Source: a virus (lineage: Duplodnaviria > Caudoviricetes). Taken from it: a DNA stretch of 25,976 nt. Position 1 is the stretch's first letter, and every line of letters starts with the position of its first letter. This document shows, piece after piece, positions 16,932 to 25,976 of the stretch. The notes under the pieces are model-generated. The model was not told the origin of the DNA. It ran no database searches and was given only the letters and a program-made list of their open reading frames with translations. Where the stretch lies: the IMG/VR virus record IMGVR_UViG_3300025751_000123, positions 1-25,976 of that record. One strand, written 5' to 3'. The position numbers were made by a program, and so were the translations under genes.

Positions 16932-18707
16932 ATGGCTAAATTTACAGATTTAACTCCAATATCTGGCCCTAACATGACTAATAGTTATGTTTTTGCGGTT
17001 TCCACAAGCTCAGATACAAGATCTTTGAGCTTGGATGAACTAGAGCAATCTTTTACAGGTTTGAAAGCCAAAAGTACTGATGGGATCAGTATGTTAGGGA
17101 GAACTGTGCCTAGTGGTATAACTGTTGGTGATAACGGGTTTGTTGGAATAGATAATGACGATCCAACTTTTTCTTTGCACGTTGGCGATTATAATGGAGT
17201 AACAAATCCAGAAATTAGAATAACTGGAGCTAGTTCTTCTAGATCTGTTGCTGTAACAATGTCTGATTCAGATATTTATTGGAAAAATATTAAAAAAGCT
17301 TCTGACTCAGATTATTATATTCAAGTTTCAGATGACGACACTAATTATACTGGAGTTTTTAATATAACTACAGGTGGTAATGTTGGTATTTTTGATGGGT
17401 CTTCTGATGTAACAAATAAATTGTATGTAAATGGTGGAGATATTAAATTCCAAAGCGGCATTTCTGGTATTATATTTGATCCGGGTAAAGCAGAGATTAA
17501 AACATCTGTAGCTTCAGATATTTTTTATATTAATCAGAGTAATACAGATGATATCTGTTTAGGTAATGATATATTTTACGTTTCTAATAATGTTTCTTCT
17601 CCTGCTGTGGGTATTGGTACGACTTCACCAAGTAGTCCAATAGAAGTTCACGGTGAAGATACGATTATTAATGTTGCTAATGCGACTTCTTCAAGAAGCA
17701 GAATAAGAATAAGCAATAATGTTGCTGTTTCGTTTTTAACTATGCAATTGAATAAGTTAAGCATAGGGCCGATAAGTTCTTTAAGCACAAATAATATTGT
17801 TTATGATTTATCTAATAGAAGATTAGGGTTAGGATCGACTGCTCCTGATAATAAATTGCATATTTATAGTAATACGGATAATAGATTATTGAAGATAGAA
17901 GGTAAAGCTTCTTCTGTTTCGGAAGTTTTTCAAACTAATAATTTTAATAATGATGAAGTTTCTTATACTGGTCCTAGGCATTCAGTGTATACATTTGCTA
18001 GATCTGTCGGGACTGGTCCGACATTTACGAATAATGTCAGCAAATGGGGTATAGGTCTGTATGACGATGGTGTGGCGGATTCTTATGAAGATGTTTTTGT
18101 TTTTAGAGTTGATTCGGATACTTCTTCAGCCTCTTCTATAAAAGCTTTTATAAATAGAGATGGCGATTTAGATATAAAAGGATCTTTAACTACTGATTCT
18201 GATTACACTAAAGGTAAATTTATTCAAAACTATCACACAAGGTGTGTATCTAGTGATATTTATATAAATCCATTTGAAGAAAGTTCTTCTACCAGCGCTA
18301 ACGCTAGTAGCAGCACCGATAACGCTTTTGGGATAGCTCCTTATGCCGGGACAATTAAAAAAATAAAAATTGTAACAGCTGATACTTCTTTAACGCATTT
18401 TACTGCTGGTGCGAGATTTGAAATATCAGTTGTGAACGCTTCTTCTGGTGGAACCGATGAAGAGTTAGATTGTTTTTCAGATGTTGCTGCTACAGCTCCA
18501 ACTTCTTTACCGACAAATGGAGTAGTAGCTCAATTCAATTTAAGTAGTGTGTCTAGCGCTGGGGATGTATTTACTTTTACGAGTTTTTCGGGTGATCCAA
18601 GTTTTGCAGAAGGTCAATTAGTTCAATTTAGAATTTGTCAAGCTGGAGGATCAGCTACAGATATTAATTGTACTATCATGTCAAGTATTTCTTATACAGT
18701 AGATTAA
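16932..18707 (+). CDS. Tail fibre/spike-like protein
   Basis: 591 aa. N-terminal MAKFTDLT anchor-like motif and four GxVGIG..P...L[HY]V-type fibre repeats (GFVGIDNDDPTFSLHV, GNVGIF...KLYV, AVGIGTTSPSSPIEV, RLGLGSTAPDNKLHI). Beta-rich C-terminal domain. Confidence 0.7.
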   Translation: MAKFTDLTPISGPNMTNSYVFAVSTSSDTRSLSLDELEQSFTGLKAKSTDGISMLGRTVPSGITVGDNGFVGIDNDDPTFSLHVGDYNGVTNPEIRITGASSSRSVAVTMSDSDIYWKNIKKASDSDYYIQVSDDDTNYTGVFNITTGGNVGIFDGSSDVTNKLYVNGGDIKFQSGISGIIFDPGKAEIKTSVASDIFYINQSNTDDICLGNDIFYVSNNVSSPAVGIGTTSPSSPIEVHGEDTIINVANATSSRSRIRISNNVAVSFLTMQLNKLSIGPISSLSTNNIVYDLSNRRLGLGSTAPDNKLHIYSNTDNRLLKIEGKASSVSEVFQTNNFNNDEVSYTGPRHSVYTFARSVGTGPTFTNNVSKWGIGLYDDGVADSYEDVFVFRVDSDTSSASSIKAFINRDGDLDIKGSLTTDSDYTKGKFIQNYHTRCVSSDIYINPFEESSSTSANASSSTDNAFGIAPYAGTIKKIKIVTADTSLTHFTAGARFEISVVNASSGGTDEELDCFSDVAATAPTSLPTNGVVAQFNLSSVSSAGDVFTFTSFSGDPSFAEGQLVQFRICQAGGSATDINCTIMSSISYTVD

Positions 18708-18708
18708 A

Positions 18709-19521
18709 ATGGCTAAATTCTTTAATTATAAAGACATTGATTTTAGAATTAATGGAAGCATCTTTTATGCTGAGCAAGTTTCTTTATCTGCTCAAGCTTC
18801 CGTTGAGCCTGTTATATTAAGTGATGGAACATTTTTGAATTATGCTCCAAAGGGAGCTGTTGTTGGGAATTTATCTTGTGATTTTTATTTGAATGGATCA
18901 TTCCCTTCTTTTTTAGATGTGACTAACACAGATGAAAGCGCCGTGACGGTTTCTTTTGCGGGAATAACAATAAACAATGTTTTTTTAAAAAATGTGTCTT
19001 TTTCTGTAGAGCCATTTCAGCCAGTTTTGATTTCAGCGGAGTTTGATTGGTATAGTAATATTTTATTTGAAAACATGAAAGAACAATCTAATTCAGCTAG
19101 GCAAAGTAAGCCTATACCATCTTATATTGCTCATTCTTATAAATCTTATATTGATCAAAATAATTTCTATCCAGATGATCCGAATGATTCTTTAGGTAAT
19201 GTTGTTTCTTTTTCTTATTCCACTTCTTGTGATAGACCAATATTCTTAAAAGTTGATCAAACAATTCCTTTTAGATGCGCCAAATTAAATAAAAATATAA
19301 GTGTAGATTTAAGCGCGAATAATTTAGGCAAAATAGTAACAACGAAAGGAAAGAATATTTCAACTATTATTTATTTGAAAGATTTCTATGGGCAAAGTTT
19401 ATCTACTTTTTCGATCAACGGTGTTATGACTAGTCAGAGTTATAGTGTTTCTTCTGGAAATTATATGTTAAGTCAGGCTTCTATAGAGAAGATGATAACG
19501 GAGGAGAAAGTTTTGGTATGA
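18709..19521 (+). CDS. Second tail-tip tube-fold protein
   Basis: 270 aa of alternating beta pattern. NVFLKNVSFSVEPFQPVLISAEF and NVVSFSYSTSCDRPI align by eye with the tube-protein motifs. Confidence 0.55.
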   Translation: MAKFFNYKDIDFRINGSIFYAEQVSLSAQASVEPVILSDGTFLNYAPKGAVVGNLSCDFYLNGSFPSFLDVTNTDESAVTVSFAGITINNVFLKNVSFSVEPFQPVLISAEFDWYSNILFENMKEQSNSARQSKPIPSYIAHSYKSYIDQNNFYPDDPNDSLGNVVSFSYSTSCDRPIFLKVDQTIPFRCAKLNKNISVDLSANNLGKIVTTKGKNISTIIYLKDFYGQSLSTFSINGVMTSQSYSVSSGNYMLSQASIEKMITEEKVLV

Positions 19522-21398
19522 GTTATTTGATATCAGGATTAAATATTCAAAATATTAGTGATTATGATTCAACTCAATCGTATAATAAATATGATGTGGT
19601 TGATTTTCAGTTGTCTACTGCTGTAGCGTCTTACCCTCAAAAAGGGGTGGATGGGATTAGGTTTTGGTTTAATAATGAAGCATTATCGGATTTTTCTTTA
19701 AATCAAGATTACGATGTTACTTCTTGGACTAATAAGGTTGCAGCAGATTCTTATCTAAAGCAGACTTCTGAGGACGACGAAGAAAAGCCTTATGTTGATT
19801 TTAATGCTGATTATCTAGAATTGTCTAATAAAGAAAATTTATTTGGCAATACTTTTGAGGTTGGAGAAAATATTAACAGTAGAACTATTTTTATTTGTTT
19901 TGATCCTGCTCCTTATTCTTATACCACTTTCGATAATCAGACGCTGATGCATTTTGATACAAGTAATTCATTTTCTTCTTCTTATGGGAAATTAGAGATA
20001 GGAGGTAATGACTCTTTTTCGGATGCGTCTTTTAATACGGATGGAAAAATATATATAGATGGTGTCGGTTACGAAGCTTATTCAAAAATTTATAACACTC
20101 AGAATATAATTTGCATCACACTCAGCAAGAGTGGAGCAACAAAAAATTTAAAGTTGAGGCACAATGGAAAACAAATAGCTGATTTAAACACTTTTAATGA
20201 TAATTGGTTCAATAGCTATTTAAAAATAGGGGGAAATAATGGAAATATTGGTATAAAATATTACGACATAATTGGATTTGATGGAGTTTTAACAGAAGCT
20301 TTAATTCAATCTTACGAAAAGTATTTGTTTGAAACTTATTTTAATATAGAAGGATTATTTTTTGCAAAAAAGGATGTTCCGGCTGGGTTAGAAACTTCTC
20401 CTTTAGCTGGCGGAGGTGGTACTTTTTATTGGACAAGGAATATAAATGAGTTATTTAATTTAAGTTATGGTAGCAGTGTTGATTTTTCTTGTAAGTTGTC
20501 AACAACTGATTTTGATGATGGTTATAAAAATAGCGTTGCAAGAAATATAAATCCTATAACAGCTACATTTAATTTCGCTTATGATGGGTTGACGGATATA
20601 GAAGCTAAAAGTTTGATAGCTTTTTTTGAGAATACTCCAGAAGCTAAAAAGAAAAGTATCTATGAGGATTTCGAGGGAGTAAACATGGAGTTGTTCACGC
20701 CATACAAAAAAGATTCTGAAATTTATTTTTTAGACATAGATCATTCTACTCCTTACAATAATATAAATTCAATTAATATAAAAGGAGAGTCTTTATATGA
20801 TAGTTCGTTGGATTATAAAGGCTTGTTGGTGCAGTTGGATGAACAATATATAAGGACATATACGTCATCTTTAGAAGGGTTTGAATATAACGATGTAGTG
20901 TATGTAGATAGTTCAGTGTTTAGAGATAGGGGGTACTATTATTATACTGGGGATTCAGTTCAAGGTTCTCTTCCAGAAGAAAATGGTCCTTTAGGAAATG
21001 ATTCTCATTTTACTAAAAATTTTTATTTCAAACAAGATATAGATTATAGCGTTCCTTCTCAGATAAGGTTGAGAAATTTAGATTTAGAAAGTTCTACTAG
21101 AGAATACGCTAAAGCGGGTATAAATTATAATGTTTTGCAATTTGATTTAAATTTTTCAAATAGATCAGATCGGGAAGCTAGGGCTATTTTAAAGTTTTTT
21201 GATTCTAAGATAGGATATAATACATTTAATTATACTTTGCCTCAACCTTATAATAAAACAATAAAGGTTTATTGCCCTGAATGGAGTCATACTTACAATT
21301 TTAAAGATGATCACAGCATTAAAGCTAAATTTATAGAATTCAAATCAGCAGCAGATTATTATGCTGGTTTTAATAGTATTGTTACTTTTGTCCCATGA
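19518..21398 (+). CDS. Minor tail protein, lambda gpM/distal-tail-like (two copies) with a LamG-like insert
   Basis: 626 aa. DFDDGYKNSVARNINP...F...TDIEAKSLIAFFE and AGINYNVLQFDLNF...DREARAILKFFDSKIGYNTFNYTLP...VYCPEWS...IKAKFIE match the gpM pattern FGDGY.Q....GIN......F........I..FL....G...F.W..P....C..W.......A.F.Q. Confidence 0.75.
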   Translation: MSYLISGLNIQNISDYDSTQSYNKYDVVDFQLSTAVASYPQKGVDGIRFWFNNEALSDFSLNQDYDVTSWTNKVAADSYLKQTSEDDEEKPYVDFNADYLELSNKENLFGNTFEVGENINSRTIFICFDPAPYSYTTFDNQTLMHFDTSNSFSSSYGKLEIGGNDSFSDASFNTDGKIYIDGVGYEAYSKIYNTQNIICITLSKSGATKNLKLRHNGKQIADLNTFNDNWFNSYLKIGGNNGNIGIKYYDIIGFDGVLTEALIQSYEKYLFETYFNIEGLFFAKKDVPAGLETSPLAGGGGTFYWTRNINELFNLSYGSSVDFSCKLSTTDFDDGYKNSVARNINPITATFNFAYDGLTDIEAKSLIAFFENTPEAKKKSIYEDFEGVNMELFTPYKKDSEIYFLDIDHSTPYNNINSINIKGESLYDSSLDYKGLLVQLDEQYIRTYTSSLEGFEYNDVVYVDSSVFRDRGYYYYTGDSVQGSLPEENGPLGNDSHFTKNFYFKQDIDYSVPSQIRLRNLDLESSTREYAKAGINYNVLQFDLNFSNRSDREARAILKFFDSKIGYNTFNYTLPQPYNKTIKVYCPEWSHTYNFKDDHSIKAKFIEFKSAADYYAGFNSIVTFVP

Positions 21399-22828
21399 GT
21401 GTTACTTATTACGGAATAGAATTAGAGGATGTTCCAACAGGATTCGGTATTTATACTGGTATAAATATTAGAAATGCTGGAGATACTCCTGTCAGATATG
21501 ACATATCAATAGAAAAAGTTGATGTAGGGGGTATCCCGCCGGAAGATGAAGTAGATACACTGTTTCTTTTGAAAGATTTAAACGTTTTTACATCTTTAGA
21601 ATCAGAATTGCAGATTGAAGCTAATCCTAATTCAAACTCAAAGTTTTATGTTGTTCATAAACCTTTTAGAACAGATACTGATGATTATGAAACAGCTAGA
21701 ATAACCATAAATACTCTAGCTTATAACGGAGATGAGGATGACGAAATAACTATAGACGTAACTGGCGTGAGAGTAACTGGAGCTCCTAATGAGCCGCCAG
21801 TTCCAAATAGTTTTTACACAGTTCTAAATTGGAATGCTACTGATGGTGTTCATGCTAAATTTAATTGGTCTTATATTAAAACTAATAGTTATGTTACTGG
21901 CTTTAAATTGGATTTAGCATCTGATAGTTCTTTTTCTTCATTGGTTGATGAAATATTTCTTCCTGTTGAAAGTAATAGTTCAGACATATTGCCAGATTTT
22001 GGAAAATATGCAGCATTAAGTGGTTTTGATTTTAGCTTGACGGCTAAAAATTTAGGTTTTGGTTCTAGCTATTATGCTCGATTGAAAGCTTTAAATAATG
22101 CTGTGTCGCCATTATCAGCAGAAAGTAGTTATGTTTATGGCCCAGTATTCAGAGGTAGCAATCCAAATTTAACTCAAGAACAGATAGAATCAGCAACATC
22201 TGCTCCTCCTGAAATTGTTTTAACGCCGGGTAAACTGCAAATAATATATAAAGTTACTGAAAATAATAATCCTGTGGATGTTTTGCTTTTGTTAAAAAAT
22301 GAAAATGGTGGAAATGGTTATAATTTTATGGGGTATAATGAGGCTGAAATTATATTTGAGCCGTTACTGAATAATGTGAGCGCTTCTATTGTGGGTAATT
22401 CTACATATCCATCACCTTTGTACACATTGGCTCCAAATGAATATTCTTTTAATGTTGATTCTAATAATATTTTTAAACTGACATTAAAATTCAATAGAGT
22501 TAGTTTGTACGGTTATGGCGGTGAAGGGGTGACGCCTAATTCTTTGGTTGGGGGTAATGGTGGGGCTTTATTTAATTTCGATAATTTAAACTATACAGAT
22601 AATGGAGTTTTGAAGCAGTTCAACTATTATATAGTTAAAGATATATATTCTGAATTTGTTGCTGGGGTTGGAGGAGGACAAGGTTTCGTCATTACAGATA
22701 CAGATACGGAGGATAGAAATAGCGCGATTTATGTGAACGGAGGCCAAATAGATTATGTTAATTATATAAATTTAGTTGAACAAGACGTTCAAAATGAATC
22801 TCTCAATCTTTTAAATGAACTAACATGA
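21395..22828 (+). CDS. Tail-associated protein with Ig-like, FN3-like and glycine-rich domains
   Basis: 477 aa. INIRNAGDTPV (Ig-like); PPVP...FNWS...GFKLDLASDSSFS...LGFGSSYYARLKALN (FN3 signature); LYGYGGEG...GGNGGAL...AGVGGGQG (glycine-rich adhesin-like loops). Confidence 0.6.
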   Translation: MSVTYYGIELEDVPTGFGIYTGINIRNAGDTPVRYDISIEKVDVGGIPPEDEVDTLFLLKDLNVFTSLESELQIEANPNSNSKFYVVHKPFRTDTDDYETARITINTLAYNGDEDDEITIDVTGVRVTGAPNEPPVPNSFYTVLNWNATDGVHAKFNWSYIKTNSYVTGFKLDLASDSSFSSLVDEIFLPVESNSSDILPDFGKYAALSGFDFSLTAKNLGFGSSYYARLKALNNAVSPLSAESSYVYGPVFRGSNPNLTQEQIESATSAPPEIVLTPGKLQIIYKVTENNNPVDVLLLLKNENGGNGYNFMGYNEAEIIFEPLLNNVSASIVGNSTYPSPLYTLAPNEYSFNVDSNNIFKLTLKFNRVSLYGYGGEGVTPNSLVGGNGGALFNFDNLNYTDNGVLKQFNYYIVKDIYSEFVAGVGGGQGFVITDTDTEDRNSAIYVNGGQIDYVNYINLVEQDVQNESLNLLNELT

Positions 22829-24987
22829 ATAGTAAAACTACAAATAGAAATCAAAATCAAGATTTTTATCTGAATGGAAAAAAAATTTCTATTGGGCGAG
22901 CTGTCAAAGCCGACTCTAATGGTTTGTTGTTGGCTTCTTCTACGATAAGTATAAAAAACAATAAAGATTCTAAAAAACCATTATCTTCTAATATAGTTGA
23001 TGTAACGAATAAAAATATAGTTACAAAAGATTATTCTGGAAATTTATCGAGATTTACAATATCTTCTGCTAATACTCAAGGTTTAAAAATAGAGCCTCTT
23101 GGTGTGGCTGGCCAAACGGGATTATCTGTTCAGCCGGTTTCAACGGAGCAAAATCCAAATGTGTTTTTAAATTTTTGGAATGTTAATTTTGATAGGAACT
23201 TTTTAGCGTTTAATTTTTCTAGCGATTCTTTCGCCGGTTTATCTGTTGGATCTTCGTTTACAAGTTGGCAAGATGAAATAACAGAGCAATCTATATCTGG
23301 TAGCGGAGAGGTCGTTGAGGCTTATGGTCAAAAATTTTTAAAAATAACTAATGGGTCTAGATTTTATAGCACACAATTCAAGTTAAGAAATGTTTTGAAT
23401 CCAAGTTTTGGTATTTTAGTTTTTGCTGTTGCAACAACAGATTCCACAAAAACTACACAAGAAGTACTTTCTCCAACGAGAAAAGTTTTACAGTTTTTAG
23501 ATAATGTTACGTATGAGATAAAAACAGTCAAGAGTGAATATGTTGATGAGACTTTAACTATTCCTTACGTGGATAGGCAAGATAATAAAATGAAAAAATT
23601 CACAGTTACTGTCAAAAAATGGGTTCAAAGCTATAAAGTGTATGTAGATCAATGGGGTTCTCCAACGAGTTGGCCTACAAATATAAGTTGGCAAGAGCAA
23701 ACTTCCGAAAAAGAAACGTTTATTTACTATAATAGCGATAAATATAAAAAAGATAATCCGCAGGTTAAATTTATTGGTAGTCGTCCTGAGTTAGTATCTG
23801 AGTTTGATGGTAAATATCCGGTTAGATATAGTGGAACTACTAATATGGTTGATACTTCTTTGAAAATATTGATTTCCCAAACAAGTGGTACAGATTTTGG
23901 GAAAGGAGATTACAAAATATTTACTTATGGATATGCTTATTCTGTAGAAATAGATCAAGGAGTGACTACTGAAAAAACATACACTGAAACTACTTCAGGC
24001 TATGTAGAAAAGATAGATAGGACACCAGCATATTCTTATAATCTTTATCAGACTAATTTTGCTAATATCCAAGGTTCTTCATCTGTCAATTCTGCTCATT
24101 TTATAACTTCGACATTAAATACTTTGAGGTGGGCGTCAAGATCGGGAGGGGGGCAAACCCCTTTTATAGATTTCCAAATACATCAAACAGCTGGAGAAAC
24201 TGTAAATAATTTTTCTGGAGGAATAGATGCTAATACAATTCAATTTAAAGAGGATTTAACAAATTCTGCTTCTAATTTAAGTTTTCCAGACACGAAAACA
24301 GATTTTATTGTTAGCGAAAGCTCTGGAGATGTTACTTATAAAAAGTTCAAATTGTTTTTTGTTCAAATGCATACTGATAGTGTTCAAGAAGATGTTGCAT
24401 TTGTTAATTCGTCTTCGGAATTATTAAACGGCATTTTCCTTACTCAAGGAGGAATTGATCCTCAATATAAATATGATGCTAGAAGCAAAGCTATAATGAA
24501 AGCTTGGGAAGAGCTTGGTTATGGGGTAGAAGAATTTTATCCTAGTTCATACCCTGTTAATTTAAATGAAATTTTAACTAAAGTTCAATTTAATACGATT
24601 ATTAATGGAAAGCAAGCTGATTCATCATATTATAGATTGCAGCAAGCTGCGGATTTGTACAAGCAAGATGGATATTTAATGGTGGCGCAAACAGACGGGT
24701 TAGGTAAAGGGAATTTCGTAGATTATGCTGTTTCTTTGGGTCATAATGATGGAAGTGTGGTAGATTCAGAAATATTTTTAATGGATTATTTATATGGTTA
24801 CGAACAAACTAAAGAAAAAAGAGATAATAGGTCTAATCTTCTTATGGAGCATTTAGTTCATAAGTATAAAAATTTAATTTTTAAGACTTCTGATGATGAT
24901 TTTCAAATATCTAATTCTACTAATGCTTTGCAGTTTAATATTCCGAGCGCTCATCCTTTCATTAAAATTCACACTAAAGGAGAATAA
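22825..24987 (+). CDS. Large tail-associated hypothetical protein (possible interrupted lectin-like domain)
   Basis: 720 aa, beta-rich, ATGA-coupled between tail-tip genes. LAFNFSSD...FTSWQDEI and EIFLMDYLYG...HLVHKY resemble the two ends of a LamG-like domain. Confidence 0.45.
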   Translation: MNSKTTNRNQNQDFYLNGKKISIGRAVKADSNGLLLASSTISIKNNKDSKKPLSSNIVDVTNKNIVTKDYSGNLSRFTISSANTQGLKIEPLGVAGQTGLSVQPVSTEQNPNVFLNFWNVNFDRNFLAFNFSSDSFAGLSVGSSFTSWQDEITEQSISGSGEVVEAYGQKFLKITNGSRFYSTQFKLRNVLNPSFGILVFAVATTDSTKTTQEVLSPTRKVLQFLDNVTYEIKTVKSEYVDETLTIPYVDRQDNKMKKFTVTVKKWVQSYKVYVDQWGSPTSWPTNISWQEQTSEKETFIYYNSDKYKKDNPQVKFIGSRPELVSEFDGKYPVRYSGTTNMVDTSLKILISQTSGTDFGKGDYKIFTYGYAYSVEIDQGVTTEKTYTETTSGYVEKIDRTPAYSYNLYQTNFANIQGSSSVNSAHFITSTLNTLRWASRSGGGQTPFIDFQIHQTAGETVNNFSGGIDANTIQFKEDLTNSASNLSFPDTKTDFIVSESSGDVTYKKFKLFFVQMHTDSVQEDVAFVNSSSELLNGIFLTQGGIDPQYKYDARSKAIMKAWEELGYGVEEFYPSSYPVNLNEILTKVQFNTIINGKQADSSYYRLQQAADLYKQDGYLMVAQTDGLGKGNFVDYAVSLGHNDGSVVDSEIFLMDYLYGYEQTKEKRDNRSNLLMEHLVHKYKNLIFKTSDDDFQISNSTNALQFNIPSAHPFIKIHTKGE

Positions 24988-24992
24988 ATAAA

Positions 24993-25976
24993 ATGTCAGA
25001 TTTATTTTTATTACAAAATAACCAGATAGTAGATTTGTTTGAAATTAAGCTTAATGATTTTGAAGGGTTTTTAAGATTTCATGGCTCTAAAAATTATAAA
25101 AATGATTTAGTTTATAATGGGCAAATATATCTGTATATTCCTTGTGAGTTATCTCAATTGAGTTATTCATCTGAAGGAAAACAATCTAGACCAACTTTAA
25201 CTATAGCGAATATAAATAATTTCATAACTAATGTTATGAAAGATAGAAGTAGTTTATTAGGCCGGAGGCTCTCTAGAAAAAGGGTGATGGCTAGAGATTT
25301 AGATAATATTAATTTTGGCGGAGAAAATAAAAATCCATTTGGTCAGAAAATTTTAACTTCTTATATAAGCTCAGATACTTTTGTCATAAATAAGAAAGAT
25401 TTTGAAGATAGAGATAAAGTAGAATTTACTTTAAGTAATATTTTAGATACAGAAGGTCTCACGGTTCCTAATAGAAAAATTTATAATAATTTCTGTCAAT
25501 GGCAATATAGAGGTTGTGGTTGTAATTATGGAAAAATTTACAATTATGACGGTCCTATTGTTAGGGTAATGAATGATACCCAAGTAGGCTCTGTTACTTT
25601 TGAGCCAAAAACTTTAAAAGACATATGCGATGACGAGGGCATAAGTAGTAATTGTTTTTTGTGGCTGGATGAAGATGGTCATAATTTAAATAACCCTCTG
25701 ACAGAAATACAAACAGCAAATCTATTGAGTTACACTGAAGCTCAAGGAAATATAGCTATAGCAGGAACAGCTACTCCAGACATAAATACAGCTGGAATAA
25801 GTAAAGGGACTCATTATGATAAAGATAGTGGTGCAGGTTTATTTTTGAAAGAATGGATAGATAGATCGTATACGATTCGTAATAGCGGTTCTGCAAAAAC
25901 AGTGTCTACAAATTCAAATAATTTTGCGATGAGATATCGTTCTGAGAGTAGGAAACCATTAAATGATAAAGTTAAT
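24993..25976 (+). CDS. Minor tail protein L (lambda gpL-like), 3' truncated by window edge
   Basis: Not in the ORF track; open from the ATG at 24993 to the window end. Translation MSDLFLLQNNQIVDLFEIKL...RFH...YIPCE...GKQSRPTLTIANI...LLGRRLSRKRVMARDLDNINF...VEFTLS...VPNRKI...CQWQYRGCGCNY matches gpL motifs, including CxWxYRGxxC (25494-25523). Confidence 0.88.
   Translation, partial: MSDLFLLQNNQIVDLFEIKLNDFEGFLRFHGSKNYKNDLVYNGQIYLYIPCELSQLSYSSEGKQSRPTLTIANINNFITNVMKDRSSLLGRRLSRKRVMARDLDNINFGGENKNPFGQKILTSYISSDTFVINKKDFEDRDKVEFTLSNILDTEGLTVPNRKIYNNFCQWQYRGCGCNYGKIYNYDGPIVRVMNDTQVGSVTFEPKTLKDICDDEGISSNCFLWLDEDGHNLNNPLTEIQTANLLSYTEAQGNIAIAGTATPDINTAGISKGTHYDKDSGAGLFLKEWIDRSYTIRNSGSAKTVSTNSNNFAMRYRSESRKPLNDKVN

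Noticed and set aside
1-25976. Possible TAG stop-codon reassignment (none of the 18 gene ends uses TAG)
   Set aside because: All genes are intact and tightly packed under the standard code, with no in-frame TAG interruptions. TAA preference in AT-rich DNA and TGA in overlaps explain the pattern.
1-25976. CRISPR array, DGR template/variable repeats, invertible fibre cassette, or contractile injection system
   Set aside because: By eye I found no regularly spaced or long near-identical nucleotide repeats, and no reverse transcriptase, recombinase, sheath or baseplate-wedge genes. gpM/gpL-like genes indicate a non-contractile phage tail. A self dot-plot would confirm the lack of repeats.

Overview
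AT-rich, almost fully coding, virion-morphogenesis region of a large tailed dsDNA phage, most likely a siphovirus. No host genes, integrase, sheath, tRNA, CRISPR or IS elements were seen. Layout: (+) end of a tail-fibre/adhesin cluster with a fibre chaperone and a probable head-tail adaptor; a bidirectional terminator; (-) three neck/tail-completion genes and the major tail tube gene; a divergent promoter region; (+) two overlapping probable tail-assembly chaperones, a 2666-aa tape measure protein (TMP), two tube-fold paralogues, a fibre-like protein, a duplicated lambda gpM-like protein, two large adhesin-like proteins and the start of a lambda gpL-like protein. The main finding is inside the TMP: repeated G-[FYH]-[IV]-P-N-[FL] motifs bound two ~200-aa inserts, each with a PD-(D/E)xK nuclease signature at identical spacing. 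This suggests a TMP acting as a modular carrier of nuclease effectors into the host. Other findings are internal duplication of tube and gpM folds (T5-like three-fold tail), a recurring A[GC]TGTAAA[TC]A candidate late promoter, an 80-nt dual-coding repeat overlap between the chaperone genes, LamG-like domains grafted into core tail proteins, and an apparently circularly permuted NIDO-like protein. All calls come from motif recognition by eye; no searches were run.
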